From a virus (lineage: Duplodnaviria; Caudoviricetes), in IMG/VR virus record IMGVR_UViG_3300019371_000265, positions 62,320 to 126,319 of that record: a stretch of 64,000 nucleotides of DNA, one strand, 5' to 3'. Shown piece by piece: positions 51,428 through 60,560 of this stretch; the first letter of the stretch is position 1, and every line of letters begins with the position of its first letter. The position numbers and the translations under genes are program-made. The notes beneath the pieces were generated by a model. The model searched no databases. It was not told the origin of the DNA and was given only the letters and a program-made list of their open reading frames with translations.

Positions 51428-51456
51428 TTGACTATTTTTATGAATAGTATTATAAT
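51428..51456 (+). promoter_or_regulatory. Moron sigmaA promoter
   Basis: TTGACT-17-TATAAT. Confidence 0.75.
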
Positions 51457-51499
51457 AATTGTATAAATTATAATACTATTATGTAAAAGGAGTGTAACA

Positions 51500-52264
51500 A
51501 TGAAAAATATAAAAACATTAATTTATGCCGTACTATTATCAGTAACATTCTGTATTAGTGCTATGGCGGGTGAGTGGAAAACAGATACCTATGGATGGAA
51601 ATATCAAAATGATGATGGATCATACGTTGCTAGTTCATGGAAAGAAATTAGCGGAAAATGGTATTATTTTAATGAAGGAGGTTACATGCTTAGAAATGCG
51701 AAGACTCCTGATGGGTACAGTGTAAATGAATCAGGTGAATGGATACAACCAACTGAAACAGCAAACGAAATTAAAAATGCAGACGTTAAATATATTTTTG
51801 AAGAATCTGGAGAATGGGTTAAAGAAGGTGATATACCAGAAGGTGAATATATATATTATCCTCAAAAATCAACTAAAAAGCCAGTAGTGAAGGGGTCTTC
51901 GTGTATTGCAAATAACTTTAACTACATGAAACTGTACAGAGATGATATCGTGTATCCAGGAACTTATGTTCCAGTTGACAACATAGGTGATCTTGATATA
52001 GCAAGCCAAGGGATGTTTAAGGTGGGAAAAGATATTAAGGCTGGCACTTATAAGTTAACATCTTTTAAATCAGATGAATCCAAGCTGATCATACCAACAT
52101 GTTTAGTTTACAATACAATACCATCGAGTCAAGATGAATTTGCGCCACAAAAAAATGTTGATAAAAATTTTACCGTTGGAATAGCAATAAGAAATACTAT
52201 AGAAGTTAAAGATGGACAGTATGTGCAACTGATTGATTGTACTGCCGATTTCGTAAGACCATAA
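51500..52264 (+). CDS. Secreted protein with cell-wall-binding repeats (moron)
   Basis: Signal peptide ending AMA-G; GWKYQNDDGSY, WYYFNEGGYM; GMFKVGKDIKAGTY. Confidence 0.8.
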   Translation: MKNIKTLIYAVLLSVTFCISAMAGEWKTDTYGWKYQNDDGSYVASSWKEISGKWYYFNEGGYMLRNAKTPDGYSVNESGEWIQPTETANEIKNADVKYIFEESGEWVKEGDIPEGEYIYYPQKSTKKPVVKGSSCIANNFNYMKLYRDDIVYPGTYVPVDNIGDLDIASQGMFKVGKDIKAGTYKLTSFKSDESKLIIPTCLVYNTIPSSQDEFAPQKNVDKNFTVGIAIRNTIEVKDGQYVQLIDCTADFVRP

Positions 52265-52373
52265 ATGTTAAGTTTAGAGAGTAGATTAAGTTCTACTCTC
52301 TTTTTAATACCTTTCTGGAAATCCCTATCAAAATATGTTATAATAATTAAAAACATAAGAATTGGGGGATTTG

Positions 52374-52967
52374 ATGAAAAAATTAATTTTATGGTTATTA
52401 TGTATTGTTGTGTGCTTACAAATAACGGCGTGTAATAAGAAAGATTCATTTAATACAACGAAAAGTTCAGAAACAACAACGGAGTCCGATACGAGCCTAT
52501 CAGAAGATCAACAAAAGGCAGAATTAGATGAAATTTATACTGAAATCGACGAAGCGAATGAATTATGTAACGCTCTGACAAAATTGGTATATACTTATTG
52601 GGGCTATAATGGATATGAAGCATTTTTCGATCATGATATTTTTTTGGAAAAGGATAAGAAATTTAATACGAAAAAAGATTATAAAAGTGGAAGCTTTTAT
52701 GGTGACGCAAACACCTGTTATCAATATCGAGATAAAATCGAAAAAACCATGGAAGATGCTCATACTAGATTAAAAGAGTTAACAGTCTCTGATAATGTAC
52801 AAAAATATTATGATTCTGTAAAGAAGTTATATTTAAACGTAGATACATATTATAGTTTTGCATCTAGTTTTCCAGAAGGATATTCCAAGATAACGTATTC
52901 ACAAACATTTAGCAATCATCAATCGGAATATGATTCATTAATAAGTGAACTAAAATTTGACAAATAA
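52374..52967 (+). CDS. Lipoprotein (moron)
   Basis: MKK plus hydrophobic stretch plus lipobox ITAC. Confidence 0.75.
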   Translation: MKKLILWLLCIVVCLQITACNKKDSFNTTKSSETTTESDTSLSEDQQKAELDEIYTEIDEANELCNALTKLVYTYWGYNGYEAFFDHDIFLEKDKKFNTKKDYKSGSFYGDANTCYQYRDKIEKTMEDAHTRLKELTVSDNVQKYYDSVKKLYLNVDTYYSFASSFPEGYSKITYSQTFSNHQSEYDSLISELKFDK

Positions 52968-53104
52968 TTATTAACCATTACTTATTTGCAAGGAAAATTT
53001 TTGGGATGACTAATATTATGAAAATATACGACGAATTAATAAAATAACAGGTTTGTGCAAAAATATACAGAGCCACCTACGTTAAGTAGACTGGCTCTTT
53101 TGTA

Positions 53105-53707
53105 TTAATTAGGAGCATCTTTATATTTGCTTAAAATGTCGGATACAAATTTATCTGCCTTATAATCATCTGGCACTCCAAAAATATCATATCTGGCAGA
53201 TAACCATAAATCATAAAGATCAGAATAATCGGCATCTTGTAATACCGGCAAACTATCTGAATTTGGTTGAAGATATATTTCCAAATCCATTTCCTCAAAT
53301 CTACCATGCCTTATAGTATATTGCACTACTAGATAAAGATAGCCACCTGCTAGTTCAGTCCATATAATTTCATGATCATCTTGATAAATTTCAAGATTTT
53401 CTATATCAGTTGGGAAAGAAAACATTTCCCCATCTTTCCACGTAATTTTTTTAGTTTGTGTAAGTTTTAATAATAACGGAATTAAACTCTCCGCATCTTG
53501 CCTACGTACTCTTCTTCCAACTAATACATCTAATGAGACATAAAAATAATTTGCTATATCAATTATTTTACCGAGCGATGGATCCGCTTTAGTCCAACGG
53601 CTTATTAACCCAGATCCGAAACCAAGATCTTTTTCAAGTTGAGAAATTGGGATATTATTAGTCTTGCAAAGATTTTTTATATTAGAAACAAGTAACTCGT
53701 TGTCCAA
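53105..53707 (-). CDS. XRE-family repressor
   Basis: ISQLEKDLGFGSGLISRW...IANYFYVSLDVLVGR. Confidence 0.88.
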   Translation of the reverse strand: MDNELLVSNIKNLCKTNNIPISQLEKDLGFGSGLISRWTKADPSLGKIIDIANYFYVSLDVLVGRRVRRQDAESLIPLLLKLTQTKKITWKDGEMFSFPTDIENLEIYQDDHEIIWTELAGGYLYLVVQYTIRHGRFEEMDLEIYLQPNSDSLPVLQDADYSDLYDLWLSARYDIFGVPDDYKADKFVSDILSKYKDAPN

Positions 53708-53763
53708 ATAAATGCCTCCGTTTCTGATTTTACTTCATTTTTGTATTATTTTCATTTTTATTA

Positions 53764-53822
53764 TTGACAAGTTCGTAAAACAGTCATATAATGATTATAA
53801 TACATATTTGTATTAATTTCAA
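53764..53822. promoter_or_regulatory. Face-to-face consensus promoters with central palindrome
   Basis: Plus TTGACA-17-TATAAT (53764-53792); minus TTGAAA-17-TATAAT (53822-53794); AATAC-N6-GTATT at 53799-53814. Confidence 0.75.
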
Positions 53823-53959
53823 TAGAAAATCCTTGCCACACCGACCAAAGTTTAGCAAGGATTGAGGAAGTGTACTGTAATACGCTTCATATTATACATA
53901 AAATATTATAGCACACTTCTTCTGAAACAATCAACCTATTTTTCAGAAGGAGGCTCAAT

Positions 53960-54673
53960 ATGGGCGAATTAATGGAAGTGAATGGTATTAGTTTTGAATC
54001 AAAAATGTGGAATAACAAGCGAGTGATAACATTTTCCGATGTCGACTTGGTACATAACAAAGTTAACGGAACAGCGAAGGCAAGATTTTATAAGCATAAA
54101 GATAGGTTTATTAAGAACGAAGACTTCTTTATAATTAAACCATCTGACATTCTAAAGTATACCAAAGATACTTTAGGAATTAAAAAGATTCCGAATAGAG
54201 GACTCGTTTTATTAACAGAATCAGGCTATTTGATGACGGTAAAAACATACGATGATGATATTGCATGGAATGTACAGAGAAAACTCATTAATTCTTATTT
54301 TAAGTTAAATGAACTTTCGGGAAAATCAACTGAGGTTTTGGCGTTACAAAGAGATCTAGGTGTGGTATTTGCTCAAGTGAACAACATGGAAATTATGCTC
54401 GAAGAACAATCTGAACTGCTCTCTTCTGTAATGGACAATATGACAATATCCACTCGTCAGCAAGAAAAAATTCTTAAAGCCGCAAGGAACAGGGTTAATT
54501 ATTTATTAGGCGGTGCACACTCACCGGAGTACTTGTTAATGGGTAGAACCTACTTAGCTAATCTCTGGAATAATTTCAAGTCAGAGTTACATTGTGGCAG
54601 TAGCTACAAGGATCTTAACCCAGTGGATTTCAATAAGGCTCTGGATTGGATCAGTGAATGGGTATATGTATAG
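53960..54673 (+). CDS. Antirepressor-like protein (ORF6N plus ORF6C domains)
   Basis: RVITFSDVDLVH, LLTESGYLMTVK..DDIAWNVQR, SYKDL...F..A..WI..W. Confidence 0.85.
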   Translation: MGELMEVNGISFESKMWNNKRVITFSDVDLVHNKVNGTAKARFYKHKDRFIKNEDFFIIKPSDILKYTKDTLGIKKIPNRGLVLLTESGYLMTVKTYDDDIAWNVQRKLINSYFKLNELSGKSTEVLALQRDLGVVFAQVNNMEIMLEEQSELLSSVMDNMTISTRQQEKILKAARNRVNYLLGGAHSPEYLLMGRTYLANLWNNFKSELHCGSSYKDLNPVDFNKALDWISEWVYV

Positions 54674-54766
54674 ACATAAGTATGAGCGAGATAAATTCTC
54701 GCTCTTTTAATGTGGAAATTCGCCACCTGTTGATATATAATGATAAAAAAGAAAGAAGGATTTAAT

Positions 54767-55702
54767 ATGTCTTCCGATAAATTGGAACAAGAATTTATAG
54801 AATTTTATGACACTTTGTTATTAGAAAACATAGATCATCTTAAAATGAGCTACAAAGATATGTTTTCAAACATTTCAGATAATATTTTGTCTGAAATTTA
54901 CACCACCTATCTCATGAAAACATCGATAAAACCGTCTTTTGTTTATTTTATATATAATAAATATACAAAGTTTGTTAAGATTGGAATGACAAACGACCCA
55001 TTGAAAAGGTTTAATACTTTAAATTCAATGTTCAAAACTCATTTTGGAGCAAACGATGCTTTAGAATTGTTAGGAGTAAAATTTATTCAATCTTCAAAAC
55101 ATGGTATAGTTGAAAAAATGTATCATGAAAAATTTAAAGAATTAAGAGAGTTTGGTGAGTGGTTTAGATTGGATAGGAATTACGTTTTAAATGAAATATT
55201 AATAGGTGATATAAACATTGGGTTTAAAATTGATTATGATACTGATTCCTTTTTAAAAAATGAAGGGTTTGACGAAAAAATATCGTTTATGGATGTAGAC
55301 GAATATACGTATAGTATGTTTGCTCTCGATGCATTGGACGAATATACGCTTAAAATTTCAAATAATAATAGAGAAGCATCTTTATTTTTAAAAAAGTTAA
55401 TTGCAGATAATTTGTGTAAAAAATATAATAAAAATGTTTATAAATTTTTTGGTTTAGATACAAGAACTTTAGATATGCCTTTTTCTGATTGCACAAAGAA
55501 TAAAACATGGGAAATGTTTAAATGGTTATACATTAATAAAGATAAATACTGTCTGTCTTCTTATTATGATATGAACACAGGCACCGGAGATGTATCGAAG
55601 AAGGTAATCGGATTTAATAAAAATGTGAAAGTTTTAGATTGTTTCGAAATAGTTCATGGATTTGTCAATGACTACTTCGGTATGATGATCAGCAATAATT
55701 GA
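54767..55702 (+). CDS. GIY-YIG (T5orf172-like) domain protein
   Basis: FVYFI..KIGMTNDPLKR..EKMYHEKF..RE.GEWF. Confidence 0.8.
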   Translation: MSSDKLEQEFIEFYDTLLLENIDHLKMSYKDMFSNISDNILSEIYTTYLMKTSIKPSFVYFIYNKYTKFVKIGMTNDPLKRFNTLNSMFKTHFGANDALELLGVKFIQSSKHGIVEKMYHEKFKELREFGEWFRLDRNYVLNEILIGDINIGFKIDYDTDSFLKNEGFDEKISFMDVDEYTYSMFALDALDEYTLKISNNNREASLFLKKLIADNLCKKYNKNVYKFFGLDTRTLDMPFSDCTKNKTWEMFKWLYINKDKYCLSSYYDMNTGTGDVSKKVIGFNKNVKVLDCFEIVHGFVNDYFGMMISNN

Positions 55703-55786
55703 TTGAAGCGTAATTTCAGAGCAGGATTAATCTCCTGCTCTTTTTTGTTGTCTAAAAATAAGTGAATAACAGGAGGAAATAAAAAT

Positions 55787-56221
55787 TTGAAATTAAAGCT
55801 TTATGAAATTGTGAATACCACAAATATATTTGAAGAGATGTGCAAGATAAAAACTCCAAGCAGAGTTACATATTGGCTTATGAGGAATATTAAATTGATC
55901 AGAGATGATTATGCATTTTATGAAAAAGATAATATTAGAATAATCAACGAATATCTTGAGAAAAATGAAGATGGCACATTTGTAATTAAAGATGATGAAG
56001 GAAATGTAATAAAAGATGAAAATGGAAATCCTATGTTAAACTACAAGGACGTAAATAAGAAAGGTGAATATATAGATGAATTGGAGAAACTAAATAATCT
56101 CGACATAGAAATATCACCATACATACTTGATTACAGTAAGGTGGTCGAGGAATCTCCATCTTTCAGTATTGAACCAATGTATCTAGTTCCATTAATGGAT
56201 AAATTCATAAAGGTAGATTAA
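55787..56221 (+). CDS. Hypothetical tail-region protein
   Basis: TTG start, SD GGAGG. Confidence 0.65.
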   Translation: MKLKLYEIVNTTNIFEEMCKIKTPSRVTYWLMRNIKLIRDDYAFYEKDNIRIINEYLEKNEDGTFVIKDDEGNVIKDENGNPMLNYKDVNKKGEYIDELEKLNNLDIEISPYILDYSKVVEESPSFSIEPMYLVPLMDKFIKVD

Positions 56222-56280
56222 CTAGAACGTCGAAAGGCGTTCTTTTTTAATACAAAAAAAATAAAAAAGGAGGCGATAAA

Positions 56281-57147
56281 ATGGGTGTTTTACAAATAAT
56301 GAAAGCAGATATATCTAAGCCTAGAGATTATATGTATTTACTTTCAAAGCAATACGACAATATGTCACGTACATACAAACTTATATTCACAAATAACGGT
56401 TCGCTATATTCAGAAATGACATCTAACACGTTAGTCAGAATACGCATGTGGGCGGAAGGAGAGGCTTCTCCTTATGTAGATAAGTGGCTTGATGATCCAT
56501 GGGTAGAGGGATGTCCTGTTCTTACTTTTACAAATAATATGTTATCCAAAGTTGGAAAAGTAACCTACGAGTTTATATTACAGGAACCAGGTTCAATGGT
56601 TACAGTTAGCACAATGCCTCAAAACTTGGAAATTAAACAATCCTTAACTAATTATCTTGGGTTAATTGAAAGCGACGACTTTGATGTACTCTCCCATCTT
56701 ATTGCAGAAGCAGAAACAATTCCTCAAATGTTAGCAGATGTAAATTCTACTAAAGAGGAAGTTGAGGCTTTGGTTATAAGTATTAATACGCAAATGGCAG
56801 TATACGAAACTGAGTTTAATCAAATGAGTACTGATTTACAAAATCTAATGACTTCAGTACAAGCCTATATGACTAACATTGAAAATACAGCAATTACAAA
56901 TGCAAAACTATCAGAGAGTTTTGCTCGTGGTGGAACAGGGGTCAGGACTGGAGAAAACACTGACAACGGTCAATATTATTATCAACAAGCAAAAATTGAA
57001 GCAGATAAGGCAGCGATATATGCGGAAATAGTGATTCCAACTTTTTCTGTTGATTTAGTCAATGGACATCTTATATATTCAGACGATTCTACTTTAATTT
57101 TTAATATAAATTACACCACAGGCCACTTATTATACACCGTAGCTTAA
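56281..57147 (+). CDS. BppU-like upper baseplate protein
   Basis: KQYDNMSR, IESDDFDVL, ESFARGGTGVRTGENTDN. Confidence 0.7.
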   Translation: MGVLQIMKADISKPRDYMYLLSKQYDNMSRTYKLIFTNNGSLYSEMTSNTLVRIRMWAEGEASPYVDKWLDDPWVEGCPVLTFTNNMLSKVGKVTYEFILQEPGSMVTVSTMPQNLEIKQSLTNYLGLIESDDFDVLSHLIAEAETIPQMLADVNSTKEEVEALVISINTQMAVYETEFNQMSTDLQNLMTSVQAYMTNIENTAITNAKLSESFARGGTGVRTGENTDNGQYYYQQAKIEADKAAIYAEIVIPTFSVDLVNGHLIYSDDSTLIFNINYTTGHLLYTVA

Positions 57148-57160
57148 AGGAGGAGTTAAC

Positions 57161-58600
57161 ATGGCAGATGCAGGAAGAATTATACCAATGTATAAAGGAG
57201 ATTGGGTTCTTCACGGAACATATGAATTTTTAGATCAAGTGACAAATGCTGGTTCTACATATACGGCAATAAATAATATAGCAGATAGTACAACGGCTCC
57301 CAATTTAGATACTACAAATTGGTTTTGTAGCTCGAAAGGATTTGTTGGGAGTGCTTTATCTGATATTACGGCTATCGATACAAATGGCTTACTTGGAACA
57401 CCCGGAGCGTCAGTAGACGGACAAGATTTATCTGATGAAGTATCGGATAGAATAAAGAACGATTTACTTGAAAAAACGAGTGTAGTAAATAACGCCACAA
57501 CAACCGAACCTGGATACCCATTAGATGCAAGACAGGCAAATCCAAATGAAAATGGAAGTTTAGCGCAGCAAATTATTCAAACAAATAATAGCTTGGATAT
57601 TATAAGAACGTTTAAAAATAAGAAAATATTAATATTGGGAGATAGCATAAGCGATGAAGCATTAACTGGCAATTATGCTCCCAACTGGGTTGCCCAATTA
57701 CGTACAAAGTTAAGCGGAATTGCTAACACAATAACAAATAATTCGTTAGCCGGAAGACGGATGATTGAATTGCCGGGAGTAATATCATCATATTCTTCTT
57801 TGGATTATGATATTGTCATAGTGTTTATTGGAACAAACGACTGGAGTAATAATGCGCCCTTGGGAAGCTATGGATCAGATTATACAGTAAAATATAGCGA
57901 TGCTATTAGGCAGTCATTTGAAAGTATAAACAATAAATCTGGTGAGCACAAACCGTTGATTTATTTTGTAACACCATTATGGAGAAATAATACAAGCAAT
58001 AATACTTTGGGTTATAATCTTAATTTTTATAGAAAACCAATAATTGGATTTTGTAAAAGATGGGGGGCTAAATGGATAAACGGAGAGGGATTTCCATTTA
58101 TGTCTGAGTATTACAAAATAAACGGAGGCATATATATAGATGATATTCATCCAAATTCATGGTACGCTGGATTTGTATGTAATCATATAATTAATAAAAT
58201 AATTACAGGCGGAGACGCAGATTATAACAATGGATCTCTCGTAAAAAATATATCTGGGAAATATTCATCTGGTAATATCGGAACAGCATATACTTATTTT
58301 AATAACGAAGAATTACATATAAGGTGTAGTTTTACAAGAACTCCCGCCAGCGCGGAAACGTGGTTTACTGTAATGGAAGGTTTGGAAGAAATGACATCTG
58401 ATATTATGGGAGACATATTATATACTCCGGGCGTATTTTATAATAGTACAACAAGTAAAACCGGAAGTGGTTTTGTTTTCCGTTCAAGCAACGGTGTGCT
58501 ACAGTTCAAAGCAGATACGGCTATGACAAGCGAGTCAACATCATTTGAATTTGATTTAAAATGTAAACCTAAGTGGTGCAACATATTAAAAGAATTCTAA
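57161..58600 (+). CDS. Receptor-binding/tail protein with SGNH (GDSL) esterase domain
   Basis: Blocks GDSIS, LAG, GTND, DIHPN intact after a phage-type N-terminal anchor. Confidence 0.82.
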   Translation: MADAGRIIPMYKGDWVLHGTYEFLDQVTNAGSTYTAINNIADSTTAPNLDTTNWFCSSKGFVGSALSDITAIDTNGLLGTPGASVDGQDLSDEVSDRIKNDLLEKTSVVNNATTTEPGYPLDARQANPNENGSLAQQIIQTNNSLDIIRTFKNKKILILGDSISDEALTGNYAPNWVAQLRTKLSGIANTITNNSLAGRRMIELPGVISSYSSLDYDIVIVFIGTNDWSNNAPLGSYGSDYTVKYSDAIRQSFESINNKSGEHKPLIYFVTPLWRNNTSNNTLGYNLNFYRKPIIGFCKRWGAKWINGEGFPFMSEYYKINGGIYIDDIHPNSWYAGFVCNHIINKIITGGDADYNNGSLVKNISGKYSSGNIGTAYTYFNNEELHIRCSFTRTPASAETWFTVMEGLEEMTSDIMGDILYTPGVFYNSTTSKTGSGFVFRSSNGVLQFKADTAMTSESTSFEFDLKCKPKWCNILKEF

Positions 58601-58610
58601 TCTATATCAT

Positions 58611-58650
58611 AATAAAAGACAAATCATCAAATCAGAGATTTGTCTTTTAT
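58611..58650. terminator. Bidirectional terminator between convergent genes
   Basis: AATAAAAGACAAATC...GATTTGTCTTTTATT. Confidence 0.8.
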
Positions 58651-58664
58651 TATTCTTGCAGTTT

Positions 58665-59738
58665 TTATTTTACAACAAATATATTTCCACGTTTAAATTT
58701 ATTAAAACATATAGTTATAATATCTATAATCATAATATTTATTATAGAAACAAGTGTGCATATGAGCAAATAAAACACTGTAACCTTTATATAATTATAA
58801 TCTTCTAATATAATTTTCTTATATCTGAAAATTTCCATAATTTCCATGTGGCTAAGAAATAATGAAATGGCAAACTTGCTTAAATATTTCGTGTTAATAA
58901 TTTTATTGATTATAATTGTTAAAATTCCAATTTGACTAAAGGTTATGCAAATAGAAATACCTAAAAACAACAATATAATTACGCTAATATCTTCATAATT
59001 TTTCCATGCGAATAATATAGTAAAAAAATAACCAAATAATTCTAAAATACTTAATGTTACCACTCCAATATGTGTAAAATTTTTGTTTTTAATATAATTA
59101 CAAACACTATATAAAGTACATCCAAAACATATTTCGGCTATTGCTCGTTTAAGTCCATCAAAAGTAAAATATGAATATTGGTCAATCACTAAAATTGTCC
59201 CATGTGTCTGAATTAAATATCCAATCAATAATATACTAATTATTGGAAAACAAGTCTCACTCATTGCTTTTCGATTGAGTTTTAGCAAAGGATAAAGTAA
59301 AATTATCGCAAGTATCATTACAGACAAATACCAAGATGCGCCATTTATACCCCATAGTTCTTTTGAGAATCCAAAAAATCTTGTAAATGTTAGTTCTGAA
59401 AAGAACATTTTTATGCCTAGTGTTATAATCTGACTTAATCCCCATTTATTTATATAGATTTTTTCTACAAATATTATTAGTGATGTTATAAATACATAAG
59501 GGAAAAGTTTTAAGACTTTTTTATAAATAAAAGAAAATGTCGTGTCTTCATGCGAGTGCTCCAACGATTGATTCATTAAAATTCCAGTTACAATAAAGAA
59601 AAACTCAACCCCAATTGCACCTCCTTTAAACCACGATATATCTTGATTAATGAAATTATTACTATGTAAGCAAACAATTATATAGCAAAAAATAACTTTC
59701 CAAAAATCAATAGCATAATTATATTTTTTCATACGCAT
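58665..59738 (-). CDS. Acyltransferase-3 (OafA/Oac-like) membrane O-acyltransferase
   Basis: IDFWK..CLH, GVEFFFIVTG, KKVLKLFP, SWYL, S..LFLSH; about 10 TM; very low GC. Confidence 0.88.
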   Translation of the reverse strand: MRMKKYNYAIDFWKVIFCYIIVCLHSNNFINQDISWFKGGAIGVEFFFIVTGILMNQSLEHSHEDTTFSFIYKKVLKLFPYVFITSLIIFVEKIYINKWGLSQIITLGIKMFFSELTFTRFFGFSKELWGINGASWYLSVMILAIILLYPLLKLNRKAMSETCFPIISILLIGYLIQTHGTILVIDQYSYFTFDGLKRAIAEICFGCTLYSVCNYIKNKNFTHIGVVTLSILELFGYFFTILFAWKNYEDISVIILLFLGISICITFSQIGILTIIINKIINTKYLSKFAISLFLSHMEIMEIFRYKKIILEDYNYIKVTVFYLLICTLVSIINIMIIDIITICFNKFKRGNIFVVK

Positions 59739-59803
59739 GCGCTATAAAAATAATTGAAACTATTTTTATAGCAACCTCCTTAGAATATTATTATATGTTT
59801 ATT

Positions 59804-59832
59804 ATGATAAAGCTTACAGATACTTTTGTCAA
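59804..59832 (-). promoter_or_regulatory. sigmaA promoter of the acyltransferase
   Basis: TTGACA-17-TATCAT. Confidence 0.7.
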
Positions 59833-59979
59833 TGTAAATAAAATACTCCTCTTTAGTCTTCGTATTGAATATTAATTTTAATTAATAGTTACAATATAAA
59901 ATTGCACTTTGATGGAGTTTGTCGAAATAATGATTTCAACAACTATTGTAATTATATCCATAAATGATATAATATAACT

Positions 59980-60033
59980 GTAGCCTTTATCGGTTGCGCT
60001 CACATGTGAAGCCACTCTTTATGGGTGGTTTTT
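59980..60033 (+). ncRNA. Candidate ~55-nt small RNA
   Basis: TTGTAA-16-(TG)TATAAT at 59946-59973; GTAGCC/GGTTGC hairpin; terminator AGCCACTC/GGGTGGTT plus T run; no ORF. Confidence 0.45.
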
Positions 60034-60089
60034 CTATTGCACAAAAATTATAAGCCAGATATTCTCATAATGAGAGTCTGGCTTATTTT

Positions 60090-60323
60090 TTACGATTTTT
60101 TATTGTTGATTAAAAGTTCTTTTGCGTCTTCAAGCGACATTCCACTCTCTTCTATAAGAACAGATAACTCTTTAAGTTTTTCAACTTTGATTTCCTCTTC
60201 TATTTGTCTTCCCTTTTCTTCCAGTGTTTTTATTGCGGATTTATGAGATGATATTTCTTCCAGTGTATTTTGCAATTCATTTTGCAATCTTTCTATCGGT
60301 GATCTGCGAACTCCTCTTGGCAT
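60090..60323 (-). CDS. 77-aa coiled-coil protein next to the prophage end
   Basis: SD AAAGGAG supports ATG 60323; own terminator at 60050-60090. Confidence 0.75.
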   Translation of the reverse strand: MPRGVRRSPIERLQNELQNTLEEISSHKSAIKTLEEKGRQIEEEIKVEKLKELSVLIEESGMSLEDAKELLINNKKS

Positions 60324-60424
60324 AGCAATATTCTCCTTTACTGGTATAATGATATATAATATATGGATTATACCACAAATTCGACATGATATAAACAAAT
60401 AATTAAATATTTATAGCTTAGCGA

Positions 60425-60560
60425 TGTTGCTTCTGTTGTCAAAACGTTGTCATTTTTATATAGTTAAAATTAAAATTTCCCTTTGTTTATAATGGTTCTT
60501 TGATATTGTTAAATTAAATTGTAGTTATTCAGATTTCAAAACAATATTTTTATAAAAATA
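60425..60560. other. Probable attR region
   Basis: Arm-site-like direct repeats TGTTGC/TGTTGTCA/CGTTGTCA (60425-60452); 16-bp palindrome at 60545-60560; GC shift. Confidence 0.5.

Larger units (their letters stand above)
1..60530. mobile_element. Large SPbeta/c-st-like prophage, right portion (left end lies outside the window)
   Basis: YonO-like RNAP, HU, terminase-portal-capsid-tail-tape measure order typical of SPbeta-like siphoviruses; abrupt switch to higher-GC host housekeeping genes after about 60,560. Confidence 0.93.

Noticed and set aside
34724-58600. Diversity-generating retroelement acting on fibre genes
   Set aside because: No reverse transcriptase and no template/variable repeat pair noticed in this window
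39348-59913. TAAAA-N6-TTTTA-like palindromes at 39348, 39503 and 59896 as recombination sites
   Set aside because: Too degenerate for AT-rich DNA without a statistical test
1-60530. Stop-codon reassignment
   Set aside because: Long genes are intact under the standard code and all three stops are used
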